Positions 11,316 through 20,820 of a stretch of DNA of 64,000 bases are shown one piece after another (the first letter of the stretch is position 1; each line of letters opens with the position of its first letter). The notes below the pieces were generated by a model, which did no database searches, had not been told where the DNA came from, and saw nothing but the letters and a program-made list of their open reading frames with translations. The DNA is taken from contig CAVWVQ010000003.1 in NCBI GenBank assembly GCA_963758525.1, positions 3,200,001-3,264,000 on the forward strand. Reading direction: 5' to 3'. Made by a program: the position numbers and the translations under genes. Source of the DNA: an uncultured Phycisphaerales bacterium (GTDB lineage Bacteria > Planctomycetota > Phycisphaerae > Tepidisphaerales > Tepidisphaeraceae).

Positions 11316-12590
11316 TTAGGATACCGCGGCTGATGCCGGAACGTCGAGCGGGATCGGCGCCGGGAGGGGCACCAGGGTCTCCAGGGCGTTGAAGACTTCC
11401 TTGACCTCGGGGCGGAAAACGTCGCCGACGAGAAGCTCGGTGATGTTGTGCCGGTATTGCGGGAAGGCGCGAACGAACTTCCCAAAAGAAAAGCCCCTGG
11501 TGTAATAGGCGTAGACGATGTTGCGAATCGCCTGCATCCCTTCGCACAGCTCGGGACCCCATTTGCCAAGCTGCTCGGCGGAGCAATCGTTTTTGACCAG
11601 GGCTTCGTGAATCGCGTCGGCGGCCATTTGCCCGCTCTTGAGCGCCAGGAAAACGCCGGACGAATAGATCGGGTCGAGAAATCCAAAAGCATCGCCGACC
11701 AGGACCCAGCCGTCGCCGGCGCACCTTGAGGCACGGTAAGAGAAGTCGGAGAGGACGCGCACTTCGGAGACGCGGACGGCATTGGCCATGCGGTCATCGA
11801 GGCCTCGGCAGTTGCGGATTTCCTCTTCGAGCACCTGCTCGGGCGTGCCGCGTCCCTGCAGACTTTCGGGCTCGGCGACAACGCCGATGCTGACGATGTC
11901 ATCCGGCAGCGGGATATACCAGAACCAGCCGTCCTGATTTGGCGTCGCCAGAACGAGCGTTGCGCCTTCGTTTTTTCCCTGATCGCGTCGCGCACCGCGA
12001 TAGTGCGCGAAGATCGAGGCCTTGCGCAGCATGGGATCGCGTTTGCGGATGTTGAGCTTTCGGGAAAGCAGGGCGTTGGTTCCCGTCGCGTCGATGACCA
12101 CCTTTGCGTGAATCGTGCGGGGCGCTTCGCCCGGCCTGGCGACGACTACACCGGTCGCGCGGGGAAGATCGCCGTTGTTGGATTCAAGCAGAACGTCGGT
12201 GACGTTGGCGGACGTCCAGACTTCCACGCCGTGCTCGGCGGCGTTGTCGAGCATCATTTTGTCGAACTCGCTGCGGACGATCTGCCAGGTCTGCGAACAT
12301 TCGTGCGGGACTTTTTCGTCGAAATAGAACGGCTGCGAATCCTTTCCGGCGGGGTTGGTGAACTGAACGCTGTATTTCTTGACGAAGCGGCTGGCCTTCA
12401 TTTTCGGAAGCATGCCCAGGCGTTTGAAGACCCAGTAGGTTTCCGGCATGAGCGATTCGCCGATGTGAAACCGCGGGAATTGCGAGCGCTCCACGACCAG
12501 AATCTTGTGCCCCTGTTGCGCCAGCAGCGTGGCGGCGGTCGACCCCGAAGGTCCTCCGCCGACGACCACGCAGTCATATGAATCACTCAT
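11316..12590 (-). CDS. FAD-dependent halogenase-like oxidoreductase (PltA/CmlS-type fold)
   Basis: GGGPSG, FPRFHIGESL, F-x-K-K (FVKKYS), WxWxIP (GWFWYIP), GDAFGFLDPIYSSG. Confidence 0.85.
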   Translation of the reverse strand: MSDSYDCVVVGGGPSGSTAATLLAQQGHKILVVERSQFPRFHIGESLMPETYWVFKRLGMLPKMKASRFVKKYSVQFTNPAGKDSQPFYFDEKVPHECSQTWQIVRSEFDKMMLDNAAEHGVEVWTSANVTDVLLESNNGDLPRATGVVVARPGEAPRTIHAKVVIDATGTNALLSRKLNIRKRDPMLRKASIFAHYRGARRDQGKNEGATLVLATPNQDGWFWYIPLPDDIVSIGVVAEPESLQGRGTPEQVLEEEIRNCRGLDDRMANAVRVSEVRVLSDFSYRASRCAGDGWVLVGDAFGFLDPIYSSGVFLALKSGQMAADAIHEALVKNDCSAEQLGKWGPELCEGMQAIRNIVYAYYTRGFSFGKFVRAFPQYRHNITELLVGDVFRPEVKEVFNALETLVPLPAPIPLDVPASAAVS

Positions 12591-12615
12591 GCGAAAGGTC
12601 CTCTGTGGGGCAGCC

Positions 12616-13188
12616 TTACCTGCAGTTTACGACGATCTCCAGCAGCTCAATTGCCGGCTCGTCGTCGCAATAGATCGTCCCGATCCGGCCATAAACAGGC
12701 TCGGCGTTGTCGGGCGCGTCAAACATTTTGAGAATATCGCTGTGCGGCGGCAGCCGCAGGAAGTATCGCGGCTTCACCCGTCGATGCACGTTGTGTCGAA
12801 TCAGGATCGCGCCCAATGGGGTTTGTTTGGCGAGAATCTCATCGCGCACATCGGGGGCAATGTGCCGGAAATCGAGCCGGCAGATGCCCCACTCCACGAC
12901 CGGGCCGTCGGGCGTTGGCGAGAGCGCGATCTTGCGGGTGTAGAGATCGCCTTCGTGATGTTCTTCAAAGACCTTCACGGCCACGGGCGCACCGTGATGC
13001 TTTTCGAGCATCACGGTCATGTGTTCGTGATGCACCAGCAGAGCATCCTGCGGATGCGGGATTGCATCAGGGTGCACGAGCGTGAACAGTTGGGCCACCC
13101 ACTCCGGCGCGAATGGGCGGAAGAGGTCTTCGAGTGCGCTGGCCGCGCCGGACTCCTGAGCCTCGGATTGGCGGATGTTGGCGGTCAT
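12616..13188 (-). CDS. Chorismate lyase (UbiC)/DUF98-like protein
   Basis: LLVHHEHMTVMLE...YTRKIAL...EILAKQTPLGAIL resembles the UbiC fold pattern (sLT..L / R.v.L / PLG..L). Spaced 6 and 25 bp from its neighbours. Confidence 0.55.
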   Translation of the reverse strand: MTANIRQSEAQESGAASALEDLFRPFAPEWVAQLFTLVHPDAIPHPQDALLVHHEHMTVMLEKHHGAPVAVKVFEEHHEGDLYTRKIALSPTPDGPVVEWGICRLDFRHIAPDVRDEILAKQTPLGAILIRHNVHRRVKPRYFLRLPPHSDILKMFDAPDNAEPVYGRIGTIYCDDEPAIELLEIVVNCR

Positions 13189-13194
13189 CGCGGC

Positions 13195-14514
13195 CTACGT
13201 GTAGCGAATGTTGCGGAACTGCGGCTCAAAGAACCGCGGCAGCAGCGAATCAACCCGCAGCAGGCCGTCATTGGTCAGCCGAACCAGCGGTGCTTCAACG
13301 CTTGCAAAGCCCTCGGCTTCAAGCGATGTGAACGCATCCCCGAACTCGCTGAGGATGTCGGCGCCGAATTTCTCGCGGAAGTACCCGGCGTCAATCTTGC
13401 CGGTCTTGAGCTGAAGAATCATTTCCCGGATGAGCAACTGATGCGGCGCCACCTTGAACGCACGATTGATTGGCAGCTCGCCAAGGTTGAGCCGCTCGAT
13501 GTATTGCTCCCAGGTGTCGAGATTCTGATAGTGAACGCCCTGGAAATGTCCAAACGAAGCAACGCCGGTGCCGACCAGATCCGCTCCGCGCCACAGCGAG
13601 TCGCGATAGACGAACCCGGCATGGCGCTGGGGCTTCACCAGCGTGTAGCCGCTGGAAACGACGTACCCGGCGGCAGCAAATTCCTTGAAGGCATAGTCCA
13701 CCCACGCCCGCTTGGTGGCCCAGCCGGCGACCGGAGCGTCGTGGCCGGAGGATTTTGCTTCACGCGCGATGGTGGTGTTGAACGGCACCTCCATCTGATA
13801 GATGGTGACCGAATCCGCGTCCATGGCGATGGCCTTGGCGACGGTCTGCTTCCACTTGTCGTCGGTCTCCCCGAGCATGCCGGCAATCAAGTCGATATTA
13901 ATCTGCGCGAAGCCGATCTCGCGCGCCCAGGCGTACGCCCGGCCGATTTCCGCGGAGCGATGGGCGCGGCCGTTGATCCCGAGCACCTCGTCGTCAAAAC
14001 TTTCAATGCCAAGACTCAGGCGGGTGACGCCGATCTTTTTGATCACTTCCAGTTTTGACTGCTTGAGCGTTCCGGGCTCGCACTCGAACGTGACCTCGCG
14101 AGCGGCTTCCCACGTCCAGTTTTCATTGATGCGATCGACCAACCGTTCGAGCTGGGCATTGCTCAGATAGGACGGGGTCCCGCCGCCGAAATAGACGAAC
14201 TCAAATTGACGATTGCCGAAACCCTCGCGCCCCGCATACAGGGAGATTTCACGCGACAACGCTTCGAGATACGTCTCAATTTCGTCGGCGTTCTTATCCG
14301 TGTAAACGCGAAAATAACAAAACTTGCATCGCTTGCGGCAAAATGGGATATGCAGATAGAGCCCCAGCGGCGTCTTGGGCTTGGGAGGCGAATTCAGTGC
14401 CGCCTCAATGGCATCGCGATATTCCGGCGACCAGACCGAGAACGGCGGATAGTTGGCAACAAAGTAGCTGCCAATCTCAGTCTGCTTTTTCTCCGGGACT
14501 GTTTCAAGTTCCAT
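13195..14514 (-). CDS. HemN-like (coproporphyrinogen III oxidase family) radical SAM enzyme
   Basis: LYLHIPFCRKRCKFC (CxxxCxxC), YFGGGTPS, RLSLGIESF, INIDLIAG and a HemN C-terminal region. Confidence 0.9.
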   Translation of the reverse strand: MELETVPEKKQTEIGSYFVANYPPFSVWSPEYRDAIEAALNSPPKPKTPLGLYLHIPFCRKRCKFCYFRVYTDKNADEIETYLEALSREISLYAGREGFGNRQFEFVYFGGGTPSYLSNAQLERLVDRINENWTWEAAREVTFECEPGTLKQSKLEVIKKIGVTRLSLGIESFDDEVLGINGRAHRSAEIGRAYAWAREIGFAQINIDLIAGMLGETDDKWKQTVAKAIAMDADSVTIYQMEVPFNTTIAREAKSSGHDAPVAGWATKRAWVDYAFKEFAAAGYVVSSGYTLVKPQRHAGFVYRDSLWRGADLVGTGVASFGHFQGVHYQNLDTWEQYIERLNLGELPINRAFKVAPHQLLIREMILQLKTGKIDAGYFREKFGADILSEFGDAFTSLEAEGFASVEAPLVRLTNDGLLRVDSLLPRFFEPQFRNIRYT

Positions 14515-14727
14515 GATGACTGATCTTTTCGGGCGGCCAGCCCCTCGAACCATTACCGCATTATAGCGGCGTCGTTGCGGGCGGTGCGCAGAAAATCACT
14601 TGGGAAGGCAGCAAGGCACAAAGGCGCCAGGGCGTGAAGGGAAGTACGGTAAAAAATGCTGGCGAAAGGGGCTGCGGCAACGGTTGAAAGTTTCAGCCTG
14701 ACTCCTGAACCCTGGGGCAATGAACCC

Positions 14728-14985
14728 TCATGAGACAGGAATTACGCGCGTCACTTCGGGGATCTGCTGTCGCAGATTGGCTTCAATGCCATGCTGGAGC
14801 GTGAGGTTGCTGCTGGGACAGCCGATGCACGCGCCGAGAAAGCGAATGCTCACAACCCCGTCGGGGGCGACGTCGACCAACTCGACATCGCCGCCGTCGG
14901 CCAGTACTGCCGGTCGAATCAATTCCAGCACGTCTGCCACACGTTTGCGAAGCTCCGCCGGGCTGTCTTTGGTCGCTGCGGTCAT
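14728..14985 (-). CDS. NifU/NfuA C-terminal domain Fe-S carrier
   Basis: IRPAVLADGGDVELV and GACIGCPSSNLTL (CxxC). Confidence 0.92.
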   Translation of the reverse strand: MTAATKDSPAELRKRVADVLELIRPAVLADGGDVELVDVAPDGVVSIRFLGACIGCPSSNLTLQHGIEANLRQQIPEVTRVIPVS

Positions 14986-15019
14986 CCTGAGGAATTATAG
15001 CATGGGGAAGGATCAGCAG

Positions 15020-15224
15020 GAAGGCACAGTGGGGGAAGGCACCGCAGGGAAGGCACCGCAGGGAAGGCACGAAGGCACGGAGGCACGAAGGCACGAAGGG
15101 GAGGAAAGCGGCAGATAGTCACTAAGCGGTGGGCAGCGATTACGGGTTGGCGAGTGCGCGAGGATCTCGGGCATCTCCCTGCCTTCCCCTTCGTGCCTTC
15201 GTGCCTCTGTGCCTTCGTGCCTTC
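15020..15224. repeat. Inverted pair of GGCACGRA arrays
   Basis: AAGGCACGAAGGCACGGAGGCACGAAGGCACGAAGGG ... CCCTTCGTGCCTTCGTGCCTCTGTGCCTTCGTGCCTT. Confidence 0.88.
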
Positions 15225-16614
15225 CTACTCCGACGTCACGTCAATGCACAGAATATACAGCTTGTTATTGTTCGAAATCGCGGAAGCAGGTGGAGATGGT
15301 TCGGCAGAGATTTCCCGATGCCAGGGAAACGTACGGGTCGGTGGTGTATTTCTGCAGTTCAACGTCCAGCAGCACGTAGTAAAACTCCTTCAGCGAATGA
15401 TCCGCCCCTTTCATGGCAGGGCGGAACATGAGGCGGTGCCCGCTGCCGGACATGTCGAAGTTGCAGATGCTTGCCGACACCTGATGCCCCGATTCGTCGA
15501 GAACATACAGACATTCGACGGTGGGATGATCGCTGATGAGGCGAGTGAGAATATCGTCAAACTCCCGAACGTCGGCCTTTCCGAGCTCGCACAGAAGGGT
15601 GTTCAGGATGATCGCGTAACGCCGATGCTGAAGCTTGCGCTGGTTGATCTTCGCGACCATGTGCAGCTTGTAACGTTGGGCCAGTGAGTTGACGGCGGAG
15701 CCGTCGAGCGTTCGGGCGATGGTTTCGGCTGGTTGCGGACGAGCGAGATAGAACCCCTGCAACAGATCTGCGCCCAGCTCCATCGCGGTGAGCGTTTCCC
15801 CTTCGGTTTCTACTCCCTCGGCAACCACCAGCGCGCCGATTCGTCTGGCCAGATGCGCCAGCGACTTGACCGTCTCCTGCTTGTGGTAGTCGCTGTCGAG
15901 ATGACGAATCAGCGAGCGGTCGATCTTCAGAACATCGGGGCGAATGATCGGAATCCGATCCAAATTGGAATGGCCCGCACCGACGTCATCCAGCACCAGA
16001 AGAAAGCCACATTCGTGCAGGCTCTGGGCCAGGTGTTTGAGGCGGTCGAGATCTTCAAACTGAGATTCGAGAATTTCGATCGCGACTCCGCGGGGATCGA
16101 GCCCGACGCGGCGCACTTTTTCCATCAGCGCCGCGGCGGCTGGTTCGATGTTGCGTTCGACCGAGGCGTCAAAGTTGAGGAACAGCAGGCCGCTGCCTCC
16201 GTCGCTGGTCGCTTCGGGTTTCACGCTCGCGGAGTTGGCGTCAAAGTTCAGGAAGAGGATCAGGTTTTCCCGGGCTGCCGCCGTCGCATCGCTTTCGCGA
16301 ACGCGCGGGTCGGAAACGGTCTGTCCCCTCAGCTCGGCAAAAGTGCGCAACGCCGTGTCGCGGCACAGTTCCTCCATGTCGACATTCAGCCGCTCTTCGC
16401 TGGCCATTTGAAACAACTGAGCTGGGGAGACGAGTTGCGAAGTGAGCGGGTTGAGCCCGCGCAACAGCGCTTCGACGCCGATGACGGATTTTTGCTTGGC
16501 CGAGTAGATGGGCTGAAAGTGGGTGACGACGGCGCCGGCGTCGAGAATTTCCCTGGCGGTGGGAGTCGGACATGTTGAAAGTGTTGTCTGCGCCTGCACT
16601 GCCACTCCATCCAT
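15225..16614 (-). CDS. EAL-domain c-di-GMP phosphodiesterase with a YkuI_C-like C-terminal domain; frameshift at ~15275
   Basis: FQPI, EAL, DDVGAGHS, LKIDRS, AEGVET, QGFYLARP. Removing one T restores ...CFRDSNNNKLYILCIDVTSE* ending at 15225. Confidence 0.88.
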
Positions 16615-17057
16615 GAACCACCGAGAATTGCCCCCGGCGGAACTCGTTCAGCAATCTTTCGACATATCGGGCGGATGCCCCGGAAAATTCAGCCGTCACT
16701 GCACAATGTAGCCCATTTGAGCAAAGTTGCTGTTTTTGCAACACTTTCGCTTGGTCGCGCCCGCTAGAAGGTGGGCAGTTCCGTGGAAACTGCCTGACGT
16801 GCGATAGTGCTGGGGTCATTTGCCTCCTTTTGTGGTGCAGGCTTCCAGCCAGCCGCTGGAGAGCAGGTTGGACGGCTGCACCACAACGGCCGCTGCTCCA
16901 ATTTGAAAACTCTCTTCGGTGGGGCAGTTGGCCAACCTTGACGGATCGCGGTCGACTCGTAGCATCGCCGATCGCTGGCCCTCATCGTGCGATGCGGGGC
17001 GAGCGGTTGAAAGACGCAAAGTGCAATGGCCGGGGTTGCTGCTGGAGGTTCTCGATC

Positions 17058-18242
17058 ATGGCGAAAAAGACTGTGGCAGACGTGGATGTGCGTGGAAAGC
17101 GCGTGTTGATGCGGGTTGATTTCAACGTTCCGCTCGACGGTGGAAAAATTACCGACGACCGCCGGATCGTGCAGGCTCTGCCGACGATCAAAAGCGTGCT
17201 GGACCGCGGCGGCAGACTGGTGCTGATGTCGCACCTGGGCCGGCCAAAGGGAGGCCCCGAGCCGAAGTACTCGTTGAAGCCCGCGGCTGAACGCCTCGCG
17301 AAGCTGCTGAATATCCCAGTCGCCTGCGCCGACGACTGCGTCGGACCCGTGGTTGAGAAGGCGGTTGCCGAGCTGAAGGATGGCCAGGTGCTGCTGCTGG
17401 AAAATCTCCGCTTCCACAAGGGGGAGGAGAAGAACGATCCGAATTTTGCTAAGCAACTGGCAAAGCATGGCGACGTTTACGTGAATGATGCGTTCGGCAC
17501 CGCGCACCGGGAGCACGCCAGCACCTTCGGCGCGCCGCAGGCGCTGGCGGGTCAGCCTCGTGTGATCGGCACGCTGATTCAGAAGGAGTTGAAATTTCTC
17601 GGCGACGCGGTTTCCGAACCGCGCCGTCCGTTCATCGCGATCCTCGGCGGCGCGAAAGTCTCCGACAAAATCGCCGTCATCGAGCAGCTTCTCGACAAGG
17701 CCGACGAGCTTCTGATCGGCGGCGCAATGGCTTACACTTTCTTCCTGGCCCAGGGAAAAGGCGTCGGCAAGAGCCTGGTCGAACGCGACAAGGTCGATCT
17801 CGCCAAGCAGCTTTTAGCCAAAGCCGGGGGCAAGATTCGTCTGCCGATCGATACCGTGGTTTCCAATGAGATGACGGACACCGCCAAGACGCAGATTGTG
17901 GAAGGCGACATTCCGGCCGATCTGGAAGGCTTCGACATCGGCCCCAAGACTGCGGCCGCGTATGTCGCGGCGATCGCGGGCGCCAAGACGATCATCTGGA
18001 ACGGCCCGATGGGCGTGTTTGAGAAAAAGCCGTTTGCCGCCGGCACGCTCGCCGTGGCCAAAGCCGTCGCCGAGGCGACTGAAAAGAATGGCGCAACGAC
18101 GATCATCGGCGGCGGCGACAGTGCCGCCGCCATCGAGCAAATGGGGCTTGCCGAGAAGGTCAGCCACGTCAGCACCGGCGGCGGAGCGTCATTGGAGTTT
18201 CTGGAGACCGGGCATTTCGCGACGTTGGATATACTTGACTGA
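17058..18242 (+). CDS. pgk: Phosphoglycerate kinase
   Basis: RVDFNVP, SHLGRP, LLENLRF, NDAFGTAHR, GGAKVSDK, WNGPMGVFE, STGGGASLE. Confidence 0.98.
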   Translation: MAKKTVADVDVRGKRVLMRVDFNVPLDGGKITDDRRIVQALPTIKSVLDRGGRLVLMSHLGRPKGGPEPKYSLKPAAERLAKLLNIPVACADDCVGPVVEKAVAELKDGQVLLLENLRFHKGEEKNDPNFAKQLAKHGDVYVNDAFGTAHREHASTFGAPQALAGQPRVIGTLIQKELKFLGDAVSEPRRPFIAILGGAKVSDKIAVIEQLLDKADELLIGGAMAYTFFLAQGKGVGKSLVERDKVDLAKQLLAKAGGKIRLPIDTVVSNEMTDTAKTQIVEGDIPADLEGFDIGPKTAAAYVAAIAGAKTIIWNGPMGVFEKKPFAAGTLAVAKAVAEATEKNGATTIIGGGDSAAAIEQMGLAEKVSHVSTGGGASLEFLETGHFATLDILD

Positions 18243-18254
18243 CGGCGCAAAAAC

Positions 18255-18450
18255 CCGAATGACGAAACCCGAAACCAGAAAGAAGCCCGAATGACGAATG
18301 ACCGAAGCCCGAAACGGGAGCCAACCGCACCATTCTTCGCCCGCGGACGAGCCGTCTCACGGCGAATTAATTCGTCATTTGATCATTGGTCATTCTGATT
18401 TGATTATTTGATTCTGGTTTCTGGTTTCGGGTTTCGTCATTCGGATTTCC
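18255..18450. repeat. Inverted pair of degenerate heptamer arrays (GAATGAC / GAAACCC type)
   Basis: CCCGAATGACGAAACCCGAAACCAGAA ... TTCTGGTTTCGGGTTTCGTCATTCGG between pgk and rpe. Confidence 0.8.
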
Positions 18451-18465
18451 GAAAGAGACTCCAAA

Positions 18466-19137
18466 ATGTCGGTAGATCCCTTCACCGCGACCCGTCCCCT
18501 GATCGCTCCGTCGATCCTGTCGGCGAATTTCGCGAAGCTTGGCGCGGAGATGCAGGAAGTGCTCGATGGCGGTGCGGACTTTTTTCACCTGGACGTGATG
18601 GACGGGCATTTCGTGCCGAACATCAGCTTTGGGCCGGCCATTGTGAAGGGCGCGCGCAAGTCCACCGAAGCATATCTCGACGCCCACTTGATGATTTCCG
18701 AGCCGGTGCGGTATGCGGGGCCGATTGTGAAGGCGGGGGCTCAGAGTGTCACCTTTCACGTCGAAGCGGTGACGGATCCAGTTGCGACGGCACGCGAGCT
18801 TCGAAAAGTCGGCTGCCATGTCGGCATCACGTTGCGTCCCGCAACGCCGGTTGAAGCGATCCTGCCGGCGCTCGATCTGGTCGATATTGTCCTGGTGATG
18901 AGCGTTGTGCCCGGTTTCTCGGGGCAGCAGTTTATGCCGGAAGTGTTGCCCAAGGCGCGGGAGCTCAAGAAGCGGCTTCGGGCGGATCAGAGGCTTGAAA
19001 TGGATGGCGGTCTCAATTCGCAGACCGTCGGGTCGGCGCGCGACGTGGGTGTCGACTGGTTTGTGGTGGCAAGCGCGATCTTTGATCATCCGGACCGCGC
19101 GGCCGCGATTGCCGAGATTCGCGCCAAGATCGCGTGA
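18466..19137 (+). CDS. rpe: Ribulose-phosphate 3-epimerase
   Basis: IAPSILSA, HLDVMDGHFVPN, DAHLMI, MSVVPGFSGQ, MDGG. Confidence 0.97.
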   Translation: MSVDPFTATRPLIAPSILSANFAKLGAEMQEVLDGGADFFHLDVMDGHFVPNISFGPAIVKGARKSTEAYLDAHLMISEPVRYAGPIVKAGAQSVTFHVEAVTDPVATARELRKVGCHVGITLRPATPVEAILPALDLVDIVLVMSVVPGFSGQQFMPEVLPKARELKKRLRADQRLEMDGGLNSQTVGSARDVGVDWFVVASAIFDHPDRAAAIAEIRAKIA

Positions 19138-19281
19138 GGCCTGGGAGGCGGTGATTGGTGATTGGAACATGACAAAGACCGCGGCTATTTTTCCGTCACG
19201 TTCCGATCACCAATCACCCCAGTCGCGACGGCCACTCGCGACGGCACGATCACTTCCCGTATAATCTGCATCCGGTGAACC

Positions 19282-20115
19282 ATGGCTGAAGCGAAAAACC
19301 AGACCGCGCAAGGGCAGGACGAAGGCATCCCCGAGGGGCTGTGGATGCGATGTCCCCAATGCGGGGACATGCTCTTCCGAAAGGTGGTGGAGGAGGCGCT
19401 GCACGTTTGCCCCGGCTGCCAGCACCACTTTCGCGTCAGCGCGAGGACGCGGATCGGCCAGCTCGTGGATGAGGGAAGCTTTGAGGAGCGATACGCGGAC
19501 CTCGAGCCGATCGATGCTCTGAAGTTCGTGGATAAGAAATCCTATCAGGACCGCCTGGACGACGAGCAGGCAAAGACCGGAAACCGCGACGCGGCAGTCT
19601 GCGGGAAGGGATTCATCAAGGGCCGCCCGTTGATGCTGGCGGTGATGGATCCGATGTTCATGATGGGATCGATGGGCAGCGTGGTCGGAGAAAAGATCAC
19701 CCGCGCAATCGAGGACGCGGTCGAGGAACGGCTGCCGATCCTGATTGTCAGTTGCTCCGGCGGCGCACGCATGCAGGAGTCAGCGCTCTCGCTGATGCAG
19801 ATGGCAAAGACCAGCGCCGCCCTCGCGCGGCTGGACGACGCGAAGGGATTGTTTATCAGTCTGCTGGCGGACCCGACCACCGGCGGCGTTACCGCCAGCT
19901 TCGCGATGCTGGGGGATTTCATTCTGGCCGAGCCCAAGGCGCTGATTGGCTTTGCCGGCCCGCGGACGATCTGGAACACCATCAAGGTCGAGCTGCCCGA
20001 CGGATTCCAGCGCAGCGAGTTTCTCGAAGAGCATGGCTTCGTGGATTTTGTCGTGCATCGCAAAGATCTGCGAAGTGAGATCGCCCGGCTCATCGATTTC
20101 TGCGGCAAGGAGTAG
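19282..20115 (+). CDS. accD: Acetyl-CoA carboxylase carboxyltransferase beta subunit
   Basis: Zn ribbon (CPQC...CPGC), [36 protein letters not shown]. Confidence 0.97.
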   Translation: MAEAKNQTAQGQDEGIPEGLWMRCPQCGDMLFRKVVEEALHVCPGCQHHFRVSARTRIGQLVDEGSFEERYADLEPIDALKFVDKKSYQDRLDDEQAKTGNRDAAVCGKGFIKGRPLMLAVMDPMFMMGSMGSVVGEKITRAIEDAVEERLPILIVSCSGGARMQESALSLMQMAKTSAALARLDDAKGLFISLLADPTTGGVTASFAMLGDFILAEPKALIGFAGPRTIWNTIKVELPDGFQRSEFLEEHGFVDFVVHRKDLRSEIARLIDFCGKE

Positions 20116-20122
20116 GGGGAAT

Positions 20123-20253
20123 AGGGAAGGCACGAAGGCACGAAGGGAAAGGAAAAGGCCAGATGGGACCTTCAGCCTCTGCCCTCTGCACAACTCTCTG
20201 TTTTTACTTCCTTACCCTCCGTGCCTTCGTGCCTCAGTGCCTCCGTGCCTTCT
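20123..20253. repeat. Inverted pair of GGCACGRA arrays
   Basis: GGGAAGGCACGAAGGCACGAAGGG ... CCCTCCGTGCCTTCGTGCCTCAGTGCCTCCGTGCCTTC between convergent stops. Confidence 0.85.
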
Positions 20254-20255
20254 TC

Positions 20256-20726
20256 CTACAACGTTTCCGAAAACCGCGCGATGAACTGCGGCACCGGATA
20301 GTGCTTCATCAGGAATTCCCGAAGCTGCTTCCGCTCGGCAATCAGAAAGTTGATCGGCTCGTCCAGTTTCCGGGCCGAGAAATTCACCGACCGTACCAGG
20401 CTTTCAGCGCTGGTGGCCATCGCCAAATCCATCTGATCGTCGCGCTTGAGCGGCAGCAGGTGAAACTGCCACGCCTGGCGGCGATTGAGCGTGCGCAGCG
20501 CTTCGGTTTCGACGTCCTGCTCGTCCAGATCGACCACCCCGGCAATGCGGACGTACTGTTCCACCCACGCATCCTCGATCGCACGCGGATTGATCCCATA
20601 CAGCCGCTCGGCAAGGTCGCCGAAGGGGCGATGCGAGAGACGTTGCACCTTCAGAATGTGCTGTACCTGGGCCTCGGTGAGGGCGCCCTGTTCCACGAGC
20701 AGTTGTCCAATCTGAATTCCGCGCAA
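20256..20726 (-). CDS. Stand-alone MshEN/GspE N-terminal domain protein
   Basis: IGQLLVEQGALTEAQVQHILKVQR matches the RLGxxLxxxG..xxQxxxxLxxQ pattern, followed by a T2SSE_N-like region. No ATPase domain. Confidence 0.7.
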   Translation of the reverse strand: MRGIQIGQLLVEQGALTEAQVQHILKVQRLSHRPFGDLAERLYGINPRAIEDAWVEQYVRIAGVVDLDEQDVETEALRTLNRRQAWQFHLLPLKRDDQMDLAMATSAESLVRSVNFSARKLDEPINFLIAERKQLREFLMKHYPVPQFIARFSETL

Positions 20727-20820
20727 AATGGCCTCCTGACGGATCTTGAACCTTTGAGCTTATCGGCAGGAGGGGAGGGAGGCTTGGCGAGAAATATGGA
20801 CCGATAGCTACGGCAGACCT

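Noticed and set aside
12505..14058. 517-aa plus-strand ORF and similar long antisense ORFs (21801..23354, 24495..25907, 59706..60989, 6762..8030)
   Set aside because: Shadow ORFs opposite well-supported genes in high-GC DNA, with no recognisable motifs.
13195..14514. Assigning hemN or hemW
   Set aside because: The diagnostic motifs are absent and the context is not heme biosynthesis.
15020..15224. Repeat arrays as a CRISPR locus
   Set aside because: Units are 7-8 bp tandem repeats without regularly spaced unique spacers, and no cas genes are present.
16995..17045. c-di-GMP-I riboswitch suggested by GAAAGACGCAAAG near the EAL/pgk promoters
   Set aside because: The upstream GGCAAAC element and P2/P3 pairing are not evident; likely a chance match.
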